From Eledone cirrhosa (taxonomy: Eukaryota), in contig OZ024754.1 in NCBI GenBank assembly GCA_964016885.1, positions 6,572,001 to 6,636,000 on the forward strand: DNA of 64,000 nt, given 5' to 3'. The notes under the pieces were generated by a model that saw only the letters and a list, made by a program, of their open reading frames with translations, was not told the origin of the DNA and did no database searches. This document shows positions 14,168-27,754 of this stretch, in pieces; positions within the stretch are counted from its first letter, which is position 1, and each line of letters begins with the position of its first letter. The translations under genes were made by a program, and so were the position numbers.

Positions 14168-15143
14168 ATGGCGATGACGTTTGTAGAGACGTTGTCAATG
14201 TTGGTGCTGTAGACCAGGCATATCAAACATGCAGCCCGCGGGCCAATGCGGCCCTTTACGAGCACACCTACGGCCCGTACAAATGTTTTTCTTTTTACAG
14301 CGTGAGCATGTTTTATCTTCGTCAAATTAGTTGTAATGTGTGGCCCTCAGACAACACATATGTGACCCATGTGGCCCTCGGGGTACCCTCACTTTGACAT
14401 GCCTGCTGTTGTCTACCAAATGGTGATGGTGTTTGTAGAGTCGCCGCCATTGTTGGTGCTATTGACCACCAATATGGCGATGGCTTTTGTAGAGATCCCG
14501 CCATTGTTGGTGCTGTTGACTACCAACACGGTGACCATGTTTGTAGAGAGGCCGCCATTGTTGGTGCTATTGACTACCAACATGGTGACTATGTTTGTAG
14601 AGAGGCCGCCATTGTTGGTGCTGTTGACTACCAAAATGGCGACCATGTTTGTAGAGACGCCGCCATTGAGTACCAAAATGGCGATGGTGTTTGTAGTGAG
14701 GCCGCCATTGTTGGTGCTACTGACTACCAATATAGCGACCATTTTTGTAGAGCCACCGCCATTGTTGGTGCTATTGACTACCAACATGGTGACTATGTTT
14801 GTAGAGAGGCCGCCATTGTTGGTGCTGTTGACTACCAAAATGGCGACCATGTTTGTAGAGACGCCGCCATTGAGTACCAAAATGGCGATGGCGTTTGTAG
14901 TGAGGCCGCCATTGTTGGTGCTACTGACTACCAATATAGCGACCATGTTTGTAGAGCGACCGCCTTTGTTGGTGCTATTGACTACCAACATGGCGACCAT
15001 GTTTGTAGAGCCGCCGCCATCGTTGGTGCTATTGACTACCAAAATGGCGACCATGTTTGTAGAGCCACCGCCATTGTTGGTGCTATTGACTACCAACATG
15101 GCGACCATGTTTGTAGAGACGCCGCCATCGTTGGTGCTGTAGA
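14168..15143. repeat. 54-bp minisatellite (42-bp deletion variant, 204-bp higher-order unit)
   Basis: atggcgaccatgtttgtagagccgccgccattgttggtgctattgactaccaac, interrupted by the hAT MITE. Confidence 0.9.
14215..14405. mobile_element. hAT-type MITE inserted into a minisatellite unit
   Basis: TIRs CAGGCATATCAAA / TTTGACATGCCTG, internal gcggccc/gtggccc motifs, and a degenerate 8-bp TSD ctgtagac/ctgttgtc. Confidence 0.7.
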
Positions 15144-17495
15144 CTACACCGTATTGCGTGAGTCCATCAATTTCAGATATGGCGTGTTGTATGTCTGAAC
15201 AGACGATGGCCTTTCAAATATAATTATTATCAACAAAACAGTTATTATAATCTGAATGTTAAGTATTTGCTCTGTAAATATTTTCTCTATAAGACACACA
15301 CATATAACCTCAGACATACACATATGTACATACACACTCTCTCTCTCACACACACACACACGGACTGACATACACGGACACACACACATAACCTCAGACA
15401 AACACATATACACACACACACTCTTCCTCTCTCTCACTCACACACACGGACTGACTCATACGGCCACACACACATAACCTCAGACAAACATATATACACA
15501 CGCGCACACTCTCTTTCTCTTTCTCTCTCACACACACACAGAGACACACACACACGCACTCTCTCTCTCACACACACCCTCACACACATACGGACACATG
15601 CACATAACTTCAGACAAACACGTATATCCATACACACACACACCCTCTCTCACACACACTCACACACGGACTGACACACACACACACACTCTCTCTCACA
15701 CACACACACCCTCACACACACACGGACACATGCACATAACTTCAGACAAACACGTATATCCATACACACACACACACTCACTCGCACTCACTCACTCACA
15801 CACACAGAGGCAAAGACATATTACGCGTAAGCAGAATAAATAGGAAATCAGTTCTTCTTGCGAGACGTCTGTAAAGAATAGAGACAACAAAGTTGGTAAA
15901 GTCAGTAGTTTTAGTCGGCTGTCATGTTGAAGAGGAGGGAATTGTTATACAGACGTCCTACATGATCGGCTGAAGGTTCTATTACATTCTACCACTCTCA
16001 TTATTTCTGTCTCCCCCCCCCCAACCCCCACCTCCACCATCATCATCTCTCATTCTTTCAAATCATTCCTCCCCCTTTGTCTGTCTCTCACTCTTTCCCT
16101 CCCTCTCGCGCTCTGTCTCACTCACACACAAACGCACTCACACACACACAGACACAGACTCTCTCTCTCTCCTTCTCTCTGTTATTCTAGCAGTTGCCCA
16201 GAGAGAAACACTCTACAACATTGTGTCACTGTAAGAGCAAAGGAATGCGATTGTCATCTAAAAAAAACAAAAACATAGCATATTGAGGCTGATTGCTTGC
16301 AAACGAATCGAGTATTATTATTACTAGCAGAAAACCACCCTTCGGGTGGTTTTCTACTAGCATGTACAGTGTGTATATTGATATTATACGCAAATATATA
16401 TACATGTAGATATGATACATCAAATAAAATCGTAATTGACAATATCCACAGAAATTGAAGAGAATCTGTGTTACACTCTCTTATGTAATCTGGCAACGTA
16501 ATCCCAAAAAAGACGATATTATATATAAACGGCATAAGGAAAAAATTAACGACGGCAATATATGAATATTTATATAAGCGATCGCTAACCAGAAGTGTTG
16601 ACATTTGAAAATTTTGAAGAAGTGAATCATAAAATAAGCAACAAAATTATTTATATTTAATGAAGAATTTCGAAATTTAATAGATAAATTATGTAATATT
16701 CATTCATTATTTATTAAAAGTAATCCAACTTATTTTCCAAACAGGATAAAAAAAATATTCTGGACGCAGTCCCGCACTTCTTTCTTATTATAGTTAAGAT
16801 TCGATATACTTTACGGTCTGAGAAGGGGAGCGGGAGAGGAGGAGAGGGGGAGAGAGAGAGGGGGAGGGAGGGAGGGAGGGGTGGAGGAAGAGAGGGAGAG
16901 AGAGAGAGAGAGGGAGGGAGAGAGGGAGGGAGAGAGAGAGAGGGAGAGAGAGAGGGAGAGAGAGAGGGAGAGAGGGAGAGAGAGGGAGAGAGAAGACGAT
17001 TTAAGGTGATAATATATACAACAATATATAAACACAGTTAATATATTACTGTGCGGTCACATCTTATGCGGCTAGCAATTTCTGAGGAAAGGGGAAATCA
17101 ATTGAATATACCCAAGTAAATAACTGGTATTTTATTCCATCGACCTCGTAAGGATTTGAACTCAGAACGTTAAAAGGTTTAACTAAATACCACAAGATAT
17201 TTTGTTCGATGTTTTAAAGATTCTGACAACCCACTGCCCTGTGTAAAGGACAAACAAGAAGATATATGGAAATTAAAAAGAAAAAAGACATAGAAACTTT
17301 AGTATGGTCAGTCACGTATATATATATTGGAATAGTTCCTTTATTTTCCTCGGAAGAAGAGCTATTAATCTCAAAATATCAGGACATATGAATAAATTAA
17401 GGTAAAAGAACAAGTCCTGTTTCTTACGATTTAATTATTCTCCGCATTGTCGTGGCTTTCAAACTTCGAATTCTTTATATATATGTTTTATACAG

Positions 17496-17550
<55 letters not shown>

Positions 17551-17587
17551 TTATACACAGTCATATATATATATAGAGAGAGAGAGA

Positions 17588-18000
17588 CTAGCAGATTTAC
17601 TCGGCGTTGCCCGGGGTTTGAAATTATGCTAAGAATATACAGCTAGGAAATAAAAGAAGAAAATTATTTGTCCCCAAACTGTCAAAATAAGCAGAAGTCT
17701 TCAATAATTAATGCAAAAAAATATTTAGTGCAATCTTTGTACACATAAAACTATGCTGATAATGAAGGAAAACACTGATCAGGATACTTTAGAAAAAATA
17801 ATTTTGCTATCGATTTTTTATTGCTCAACGTGGGTCGATTTCAAAAATGTTTGTGATGTGACCATCTTAGCGACAGGTGCAACGTGCACAGAAAATTTGG
17901 TCCGATTCGGTTGGGAATTGTAAAAGCCTTAGCTGTCCAAAGTTGTCGACACACACACACACACTACACACACACACATCCTAGCTTTTATTTATATATA
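17588..18000 (-). mobile_element. Non-autonomous Helitron-like element
   Basis: Minus 3' end cccgggcaacgccgagtaaatctgCTAG (hairpin plus CTAG). The 5' end reads tatatataaataaaag followed by (GT)n, as in Helitron-derived short elements. Confidence 0.6.
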
Positions 18001-18024
18001 TATATATATATTTAATATAGAAAA

Positions 18025-18075
18025 GGCTTCTACAGAACTAGAACTGTTTCATTCGGGAGAAATCATCAGGAAGCC
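18025..18075 (-). ncRNA. Type I hammerhead ribozyme (family C)
   Basis: GGCTTC-CTGATGA-T-TTC(TCCC)GAA-T-GAAA-CAG(TTCTAGTT)CTG-TA-GAAGCC. It has a 6-bp stem I and a GUA cleavage triplet. An inverted copy starts at 18076. Confidence 0.82.
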
Positions 18076-21000
18076 CTGATAATTTCTTCCGAATGAAACA
18101 GTTCTAGTCCTGTAGAACCCTTTTCTATATTAAATATCTATACTCTGCTTTGTATTGAGTACCTTACTTGCCTCCGATATATATATATATAGGATTTAAA
18201 CCCAGTTGTCATGTATTATATATATATATATATATATATATGTTTCATATACAGTCATGTATATACATATATATATTCTGAACACACTCATGTATATACA
18301 TATATGCTCTGCGAAACAGAGCTGGTGAGCAGTTAGAACTGTACGTGTTCCCATCCCTTCTATCAGTCCATATCAGTAGCAGACAGGCAGAGCTATGTGG
18401 TTTCTTAATACGAAACAAGAAATTGATTGCAGACTGCAGGGGAACTTATGAAAAGCAGTAATTAAGAGAGGCATATTATATCATTTAGAGAGGCCTGGAG
18501 AAAGGGTTGATCAAAATATCTAGTTTCTAAAATCAAAAATGAAATAAAAACTAAAAAGAAGAAAGCTCCCAAAAATGTAGGAACCATTCTAAAAGAGTTA
18601 TTTATAATTCCTCCTTGATAATTCAAAAGTATAACCCCTTGGTTTTGAGAATTCCTTTTATTATGGTAAATACTTAAATACTAATAATCTCGAATGTACT
18701 CTCATCTCTAACCGTTAATTGATAATAAAGAAAAGTGCCCACATTTATTCCTCAAGTACAATAATAAAAATACATCGCTTATGTTTTTGTCTTATAAACA
18801 CATCAATGTCAGAACAAAAGCAATTTTTAATTTATGATGCAACTTCAGAGAAAACAGAACAAAAAGATAAAAAAAATAAATGTGTCTAAGATCTATCAGT
18901 TACAGTAATAAATGTTGAAAGATTGTATAGTTTGAGCTTTGAAGAATTCTGTGAATACCACGTTGTCTAAATAACCCGATATATATATATATATTAAGGA
19001 TTTTATGTTCTTTTAATTTCTTGGTAATACTTTCCTAAAGAGTTTTAAAACCCTACAAAAGTACACAGGTGCAATACCGATTTGACTGGCACACCTGAGT
19101 CCAAATTCGAGCCAAATTATCCGTTTGGCCAAACTAACAGATGACACGTGATAATGATTCAGGAGATAGCTTCCACGTTACTAATAAGATTTCCGTCATG
19201 AAACCTTTACAAAACGTCTTTGTTTCTTCCCAAGAAACTACAATTAAAAACAGAAACATTTTCCTGACGTCTTAACTATAATGGTTATGGTTTGACTCTT
19301 GCGTTGTGCTTTGATGTCATAACTAGGGACAAATATAAAGAAAATAGGATGAGGTAATGTAATGTAAGGTGAGGTAAGGTGAGGTAATGTAATGTAAGGT
19401 GAGGTAAGGTGAGGTAAGGTGAGGTAAGGTAATATAGAGGGCTCTTGATTCTTGATGGAGACATAGTGATGTCGTCCTGGGCATTTTAAACCTGGCGGAG
19501 CCCATCCCTATCTAGATCGGAACGCAGCTGATTTATCCAAAGAAAGAAAGAGGACAAACCGGGGTCAATAGAAATGTTACCAGTCCAGAACTGGGGTCAA
19601 TTCTTCCTCAATATCGGACGCCATGCTTAGCAGCATAGAGTTACGGTCCTTTAGGGTCCGAGTTCAAATCCCACCGAGGTTAACGTTGCCTTTCATCCTT
19701 ACGCGGGTCGATAAAATAAAGTACCAGTAATGCACTGGGGTAATTTCTGGCCTTGTGCCAAAAGTAGAAACAATTTTTTAAGGTAGATCAATGAACCTAC
19801 CTTTCTGACTAAGTGATGAAAGACATTTCAAATGTACTAATTTCGGGTACCTTTATGGGTATGAATAAAGCAACAAGAATCCAGTCTAGTATATACCCTC
19901 TTGAAAGCAACATTGGAAGAGGTTTTGGGTCAACAAGTGCACAATGTCTCCCACAGTACATTTAACGGTGCAGAGAGAAAGATATAAACAAAATAAAACA
20001 AGTTTGTTAGATAGATTAAAGGTTGTCGTCTGCTGCATCCATTACGACATTACTTTCTCGACAGGGTTTTGTTTGGTTTATTTACTCGGCTATCATTGTA
20101 AAAGAAGTTGTATTGTGTATTTAGTTGCATGTCCCCTGCTGGGTGAAGCGGGTGTATTTCTATAATTTGACATTCTTTAAGTTTTAGAGTAATAATAATA
20201 ATGATAAGAATAATACGAAGAATACGAAGAAGAAGAAAAAGAAAGAAAAAAAGAAAGAGAAAAGAAGAAGAAGAAGAAGAAGAAGAAGAAGAAGAAGGCG
20301 AAGAAAAATACGAAGAAAAAGAAGACGAAGAAGAAAAAAAGAAAAAGAAAAAGAATATTATGAAGAATATGAAGAAGAAGAATATGAAGAAAAAGAAGAA
20401 AAAGAAAAAGAAGAAAAAGAAGAAAAAGAAGAAAAAGAAGAAAAAGACGAATAAGAAGAAAAAGACGAATAAGAAGAAGAACGAAGAAGAAGAAGAAGAA
20501 GAAGAAGAAGAAGAAGAAGAAGAAGAAGAAGAAGAACGAAGAAGAACGAAGAAGAGGTGTGCGATGATCATTAATATTTGAGGTTCCCCTTATATATTTT
20601 GTTGCTTGTATATGGTATGGTATTTCCTAACTCATAACAACGTTATAAGTTATAAGGCTTTGAAATAAATTATCGTATTTTGTTCTCAAAGGAGATTTTT
20701 ATCCAGCCATTAAATGCGCCGACAATACTTTTAAAGCCCACTCACAGTTTTAAGGAAAACAAACATGACAATGGAAGATTGATGAGTAAATGTAAGTTAA
20801 ACCTACAATTTAGTTTCTAAATTATATTCCCCCTCTTTCAGATAGTTATTGGGTGATCAAGTATGAAATTTGTAGAGAAAACAAAGTTTGTTAACGCCTC
20901 CCTAGAAATTTCATATTTGACAACCCAATACTATCATATATAAGCTAGGTTTCAGATCTATGTAAAACATGTCAACATCAACTCTAGAGAGGTCGAGTAA

Positions 21001-21092
21001 ATATACACCCTTGTCTTATGTCAATTACATTGATACATGTTAGGTGCAGTAGCTAGCAACATCGGTAAGTGAAGGAGATATATATGTATATA

Positions 21093-21548
<456 letters not shown>

Positions 21549-21630
21549 ATATATATATATATACTAGAATTGCCAATACTGGAATTGAACCATCAAGACA
21601 GTTGAGGTATGTCATACATCAATTCATGTA

Positions 21631-21693
21631 TTTTATCTGACGAGGACGTACTGAAAAAAACAGCACAGTACCTTCGAAATATATATAATAAAA
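21631..21693 (+). ncRNA. Type I hammerhead ribozyme (family E)
   Basis: TTTTAT-CTGACGA-GGACGTACTG..CAGTACCTTC-GAAA-TATATA-TA-ATAAAA. Confidence 0.75.
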
Positions 21694-21818
21694 CATATAT
21701 TTTGATTATGTGAATGTCTTCATTTATTAATATTTTGAATAATATATATATATATATAGTAATAAAAATAAATTTGAAGACTAAAATCCAAAGAGGGCTC
21801 GATAAGGATAATCTGTTA

Positions 21819-21887
<69 letters not shown>

Positions 21888-21889
<2 letters not shown>

Positions 21890-22109
21890 GGAACCAGTAA
21901 GACCCCGACGGCTGAGCTCAAGCCGTTTCGACGGCTTATTCTGGACGAGTCCAGAATTAGCCGTCTGAATTGAGTCCAGAATTAGCCGTCGAAACGGCTT
22001 GAGCTCAGCCGTCGGGGTCTTACTGGTTCCTATTACCCACTCTACTACCCCAAGTATTGAGTACTTTGGTGCGTTATGGTCCACCTGGTTCCTTACCACA
22101 TTTCCTTCG

Positions 22110-22112
<3 letters not shown>
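21888..22112. mobile_element. Family D pseudo-LTR palindrome plus 3' tail
   Basis: Inverted repeat at 21888-22032, then the tail tacccactctactacc..gtattgagtac..ggtgcgttatggtccacctggttccttaccac running into (TA)n. Other copies are at 3243-3447, 6750-6975, 22160-22360, 32890-33010, 41610-41775, 61960-62130 and 63027-63157. Confidence 0.75.
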
Positions 22113-22163
<51 letters not shown>

Positions 22164-22359
22164 CAAAGAGGGTGTGGTAAGGAACCAGGTGGACCATAAC
22201 GCACCAGAGTACTCAATACTTCGGGTAGTAGATTGGGTAATAGGCAGAGTCAGGACCCCGACGGCTGAGCTCCGGCCGTTTCGACAGCTAAATCTGGACT
22301 GGGTTCGGATCTAGCTGTTGAAATGGCCGGAGCTCAGCCGTCGGGGTCCTGACTCTTTC

Positions 22360-22394
<35 letters not shown>

Positions 22395-22439
<45 letters not shown>

Positions 22440-22705
22440 AGGTGGGTAAAATTCCCGAGATCCATGGACGAGTTCTCTCCAGCGGTCTGTGTCCCTCATT
22501 ATCGCTGCCATATCCTGCATCTCCAACAGACCAGTGTCTGTCCTTAGGGCATCAACATATGTTAACCTTGGTCTTCCTCTTCTAGTGTGTCCATGTAGGG
22601 GCTCCCAAAGGAGCACTGAGTGCAATGTCAACTCTAGATGTCGGTGAGCATGTCCAGCCAACCTCAGTCTTCTCTGTGTCACTTTTGAGCTGACTTTTGG
22701 GATGT
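22395..22705 (-). mobile_element. 3' end of the same RTE LINE family with (TAGA)n tail
   Basis: SKVTQRRLRLAGHAHRH..GRPRLTYVD..DRWRELV, near-identical to 10919-11164. Confidence 0.85.
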
Positions 22706-22800
22706 ATATGTATGTAAAAGGTAAACAGAAATAACAACACAATCGGTACAGTATATGGAAGGAATACATTAAGTTATCGCTTGAAATAGCAGGAAGAGGG

Positions 22801-22836
22801 TCTTAACGTTTCGGACGCTAGTCCTTCATCAGATGA
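22801..22836 (-). ncRNA. Minimal hammerhead (family B), within element about 22710-22945
   Basis: CTGATGA-A-GGAC(TAGC)GTCC-GAAACGTT-AAGA. Confidence 0.72.
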
Positions 22837-22985
22837 AATAATGATAAATTAGAAACATTGAAGGGACGGGCGGAGTGGAATTGGAAGAAATGTTTTTAGA
22901 GATTTTTCTCTAAAAACAGGTCCATACATGTTGCCATCTCTTGAATAACTTTAATCTGTACTAATAATACACACACACACACACC

Positions 22986-23017
<32 letters not shown>

Positions 23018-23127
23018 ATGTTAAGGTATGAAAACATATTTAATATGATATATATATATATATATATTTATTATCAGTACTCATTAAAGTTATGACTCTC
23101 TCTGTCTATATATATATTATATATATA

Positions 23128-23159
<32 letters not shown>

Positions 23160-24269
23160 CTCGGAGCTGCTTTTGTCTCCATATGTCTGAGGGCGTTTGT
23201 GTACATTTGATCGCGTGTATGAACGCGTGTACATGTATAAGAGGAGGGATGTAATAATTGTTTCTACTTTAGGCACAAGGCCAGCAATTATCCCAGTGCA
23301 TTACTGGTACTTTATTTTATCGACCCCGTAAGGATGAAAGGCAAAGTTAACCTCGGCGGGATTTGAACTCAGATCATAAAGGGACGTAACTATGCTGGAA
23401 AGCATGGCGTCCGACCCTCTACCGATACTGCCAATCCGCGAAGGAGAGAAGAAGAAAGGTGAAAGAAAAACTAAGGTAAAGTACAGCTAAAATATAAGAT
23501 GTTTGTCAAAAATATCTGCTAGAGCGAACGGCACCAACATTTTCACAGCTTCACTGTTTAGAATGCAGAAGAAGCTAACACAAACATTGCTATTATTTCT
23601 GCACAGAATATTCCTGAAAAGATGAAGTGTTGAATGCAGTCCATTCGTTATGTTTTCAAATACAGAATGTTGTTCGCAGAAATTATGATAAAAACATAGT
23701 CGAAATAACTAAGCTTAGTAATGTGGTAATGCAATGATAAATGAGGAAAACGATTGCGTTCATACACATTAGCTGTTTCCTATTATTATTTTTTATATTA
23801 TCACCCACCAATCCCTCCCTCAAAAATATAAAAAATAATTGTTTCTACTTTTGGCACAAGGCCATCAATTACCCAGTACATTACTGGTACTTTATTTTAT
23901 CGACCCCGTAAGGATGAAAGGCAAAGTTAATCCCGCCGAGGTTAACTTTGCCTTTCATCCTTACGGGGTCGATAAAATAAAGTACCAGTAATGTACTGGG
24001 TAATTGATGGCCTTGTGCCAAAAGTAGAAACAATTATTTTTTATATTTTTGAGGGAGGGATTGGTGGGTGATGGCGGATCCGACAGCGAATGCAACCAAT
24101 GTACTTTTGTAGCCTAATGGTATCTATTTTGTTGATTCTAATACAATAATTATCTGTTTCGTGTTTAGTATTTCATCATCGCGATTCCTTTTTCACATAC
24201 ATATAAAAAAAAAAATAAAGTAGACTTGTATACAATACAAATTATGGCATAACTACAATATATTCTTCA

Positions 24270-24630
24270 GAGGTCAACCCTTACCTATGGACATGAATCT
24301 TGGGTAATGATCAAAAGAATACGATTACGAATACAAGTAGCCGAAATGAGATTCCTCCGAAAGGTTTTTGGAGTAACGTTACTCGATAAAGTGCGTAGCT
24401 CGGAGATCAGAGAGTCACTCCAGATAGAGCCTCTACTTCTCCGAATTGAGAGATCACAGCTCCGATACTATGGACATGTGGTTAGAATGTCTCGGGAAAG
24501 AATCACTGTACAGATTTGTAGCTCGGAGATCAGAGAGTCACTCTAGTTAGAGCCGCTACTTCTCCGAATTGAGAGATCACAGCTCTGATACTATGGGTAT
24601 GTGGTTAGAATGTTCCAGGAAAGAATCGCT
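24270..24630 (+). mobile_element. RTE-like LINE fragment with an internal tandem duplication of about 120 bp
   Basis: LTYGHESWVM..IQVAEMRFLRKV.GVTLLDKVRSSEIRESL.IEPLLLRIERSQLRYYGHVVRM. About 24396-24505 is repeated at about 24518-24627. Confidence 0.8.
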
Positions 24631-25922
24631 GGAGTATATTAAAATAAAGTACCAGTAATGCACTGGGTAATTGCTGGCCTTGTGCCTAAAGTAGAAACAA
24701 TTATCTCTTTCAAGGGATTTTGTTGAATAATGGTTTCTTATATAGGCACAAGGCCAGCAAATTTATGGGAGGGGAAAGTCGATTAAACCGACCCCAGTAC
24801 ATTACTGGTACTTTATTTTATCGACCCCTTAAGGATGAAAGGCAAAGCTAACCTCGACAAGATTTGACCACAGAATGTTAAAGGGTTGTAAACGCTAGTA
24901 AGCATGTTGTTCGGCGCTCTACCGCCATTACTGTTTACTATAAAAGTGTCTAAACATTTCAAACTTCAGCTGTTCCTTAGAAGATAAAATGAGAGATAGA
25001 AGAAAACAGATGACATTGAGTAATTAAGTGAGAGCAAACGGAGGAAAGGGGTAAAGATTGTTATAATATATACAAATGTACATACATACACACATATATA
25101 TATATATATCGTTTCTGAATTTGTTTAGCAAGATTCTTTATCTGAAATCGTGTGTTAAAACCGATATTGTTATACTTTGGGAGGGTCATGTTGCCAATAA
25201 CTATGACTATATATAAACAACTATCTGGTTGTGGAAACAACCAACCAACCAGAAATTTATAAATTTATAAATTTATTATAAATTTATTATAATAAATTGA
25301 AGTGAAAGCAACTGGTGCGTGTATTTCTTATTGGCAACATGACCCTCCCAAAGTATAACAATATATATATATATGTATATATAATCTCTCTCTCACTCTG
25401 TGTGTCATTCTCTCTCTCTCTCTGTATATATATATATAGTTTTTTTTTTTCGTGTACTCAAAAAACAATGCAACATTAGGAAATATGTAGCTGTATATAA
25501 TATATATATACATGGTGGCTGCCAACTCGTTTTCGAGTACGGCCACTACTTTATATCCATGTAGGAGAACCCCTACCGATGCGCTGAACGAGTGTGACTT
25601 TTTAGTCCAGCCAGCGACTTGAAAACTCTGGTACAAACACTACACTTGTGAGAATTATTGACACATAGTGCTGGGTCCATGGTACCATGTGACGACATGT
25701 GCAGAGAGATCTCCAGATATAAAGCAATGCCTGTGCCGTGAAGCTTTTATAGTGAGCAAAGGCACTGCACAAAGCCAGTCCCACTCTCTTAACCAAGATG
25801 ATATTTACCAAAAAGAAGAACAAGTCAACATCATTGGATACCATCAGAGTTGCAGGTGTTATATCAGAGTTTTTCTATACATACATACAGACATGCATGC
25901 ATGCATACATACATACATACAG

Positions 25923-25995
<73 letters not shown>

Positions 25996-26794
25996 TATAT
26001 ATATATGTGCGTGCGTGTATATGTATGTGTATATATGTATGTATGTATGAATGTATACAAATATATATATATATATGTATGTATATATATATGTATGTAT
26101 ATATATATATATATATGTGAGTGTATATATATAAATATATATATAAATTCCCAAAGTTGTATTGTTTTCTGAGTGCACGAAATTCCCATTCGACCCCCAA
26201 CTCGAAAAAAAGTCGTGATATGTCCTACCTTTGAAAAAGTGATCCAATTTGAAGCCAGAATGTTCGATTTGGTTAAGTGACTTTCATTGAATTGACATTC
26301 CTTCAACTGTGTACTAGCTCATGGGAGAGTTATATTTAAGTACATGGTTCTTTCGCTTGGAGCTTGCATGACTTAGTATACAACAAAACTGCATAGTACA
26401 GACACATACAGATACAGAAACACACAGACATAGACACACAGAGACACACACACAGACACACACAGACACACAGAGACACAAACACACAGATACACACAGA
26501 GAGACAGACACACACAGACACACAAAATCAACAGTAAAAAAAAAACACATACACACATACATATATATACACATACACACGCGTGTAGAAAGATATAGAA
26601 ATAAAGAGCTAGAAGAAAACAAATATAGCTAATTATAAAATAAAAGTAAAATACAAAAATAAAATAAAATAAAACTTCCTAAAAAGGAAAATATAGAAAG
26701 AAAAAGGATAAAATTGAAATACAAAAACCCTAAAAAAATATAATAAATGTAAGAAAAATTTGTTGTTGTTCCCCCTTTCTTCGATATTCGACTA

Positions 26795-26836
26795 ATGACG
26801 CAAACAACCAATCAAAACAGACAGTAGTCACGTGAT
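26795..26836. promoter_or_regulatory. Possible regulatory motif cluster (CRE-like TGACGCAA, CCAAT, E-box GTCACGTGAT)
   Basis: Three known motifs within about 40 bp in otherwise AT-rich unique DNA. There is no transcript evidence. Confidence 0.25.
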
Positions 26837-27091
26837 GTATTCACAGCCCGTTTTTTACACGTCTATTTAGAAATCTGTGTGTCCGTGACCAGATGTATTA
26901 TGCATATGAAATGTCTAACTGTATATATAATTACATATATTATATACAAGATTGTACACGGTTGACAGGTACTTATACGCCGGCACACCACAAACACACT
27001 ACCGCACGCATACATAATTTTCAACCATTGTTACTGTGTGTGTGCATATATGTATGTGTGTGTGAGAGAGGGTGTGAGAGAGGGAGAGGGG

Positions 27092-27125
<34 letters not shown>

Positions 27126-27538
27126 AGGAGAGAGAGCGAGAGAAGGAGAGGGAGAGAAGAAGAGAGAGAGAGAGAGAGAAGGAGAGAGGGAGAGAATCTA
27201 AAGAGACGTTTACACAGAGTCATAAATTTAGGTAGGTTGTATGTAAAAAAGGTACATTTGCACGCGCACGCACACACACACACACAGGTATATACATGCA
27301 ATGTGTGTGTGTATATATATATATACATATATATATATGCGAACATACATCGATACATACATACATACATATCCATCCATACACACATCCATGTATCTAT
27401 CCAGCCACACACAAATACACACATACATCCTTACATGCATATATACACACACACACACCCACATATGCATACATACATCAACACATACATTCATCCATCC
27501 ATACACACACACACACCATCCACACACATTCATTCATC

Positions 27539-27603
<65 letters not shown>

Positions 27604-27713
27604 TCATTCAGCCATCATCCACACACATTCATTCATCCATACACACACACATTCATTCAGCCATACACACACACACACCATCCACACATACATTCATCCA
27701 TCCATACACACAC

Positions 27714-27754
<41 letters not shown>

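Noticed and set aside
20201-20581. Lys/Glu-rich ORF
   Set aside because: It is a (GAA)n microsatellite.
23490-23613. Minus-strand acceptors at about 23613 and about 15868 as downstream exons
   Set aside because: Both have good pyrimidine tracts but no convincing donor or recognisable peptide.
25510-25860. Possible decayed GIY-YIG or RTE 3' fragment
   Set aside because: Similarity is vague in either orientation and there are multiple stops, so it cannot be assigned by eye.
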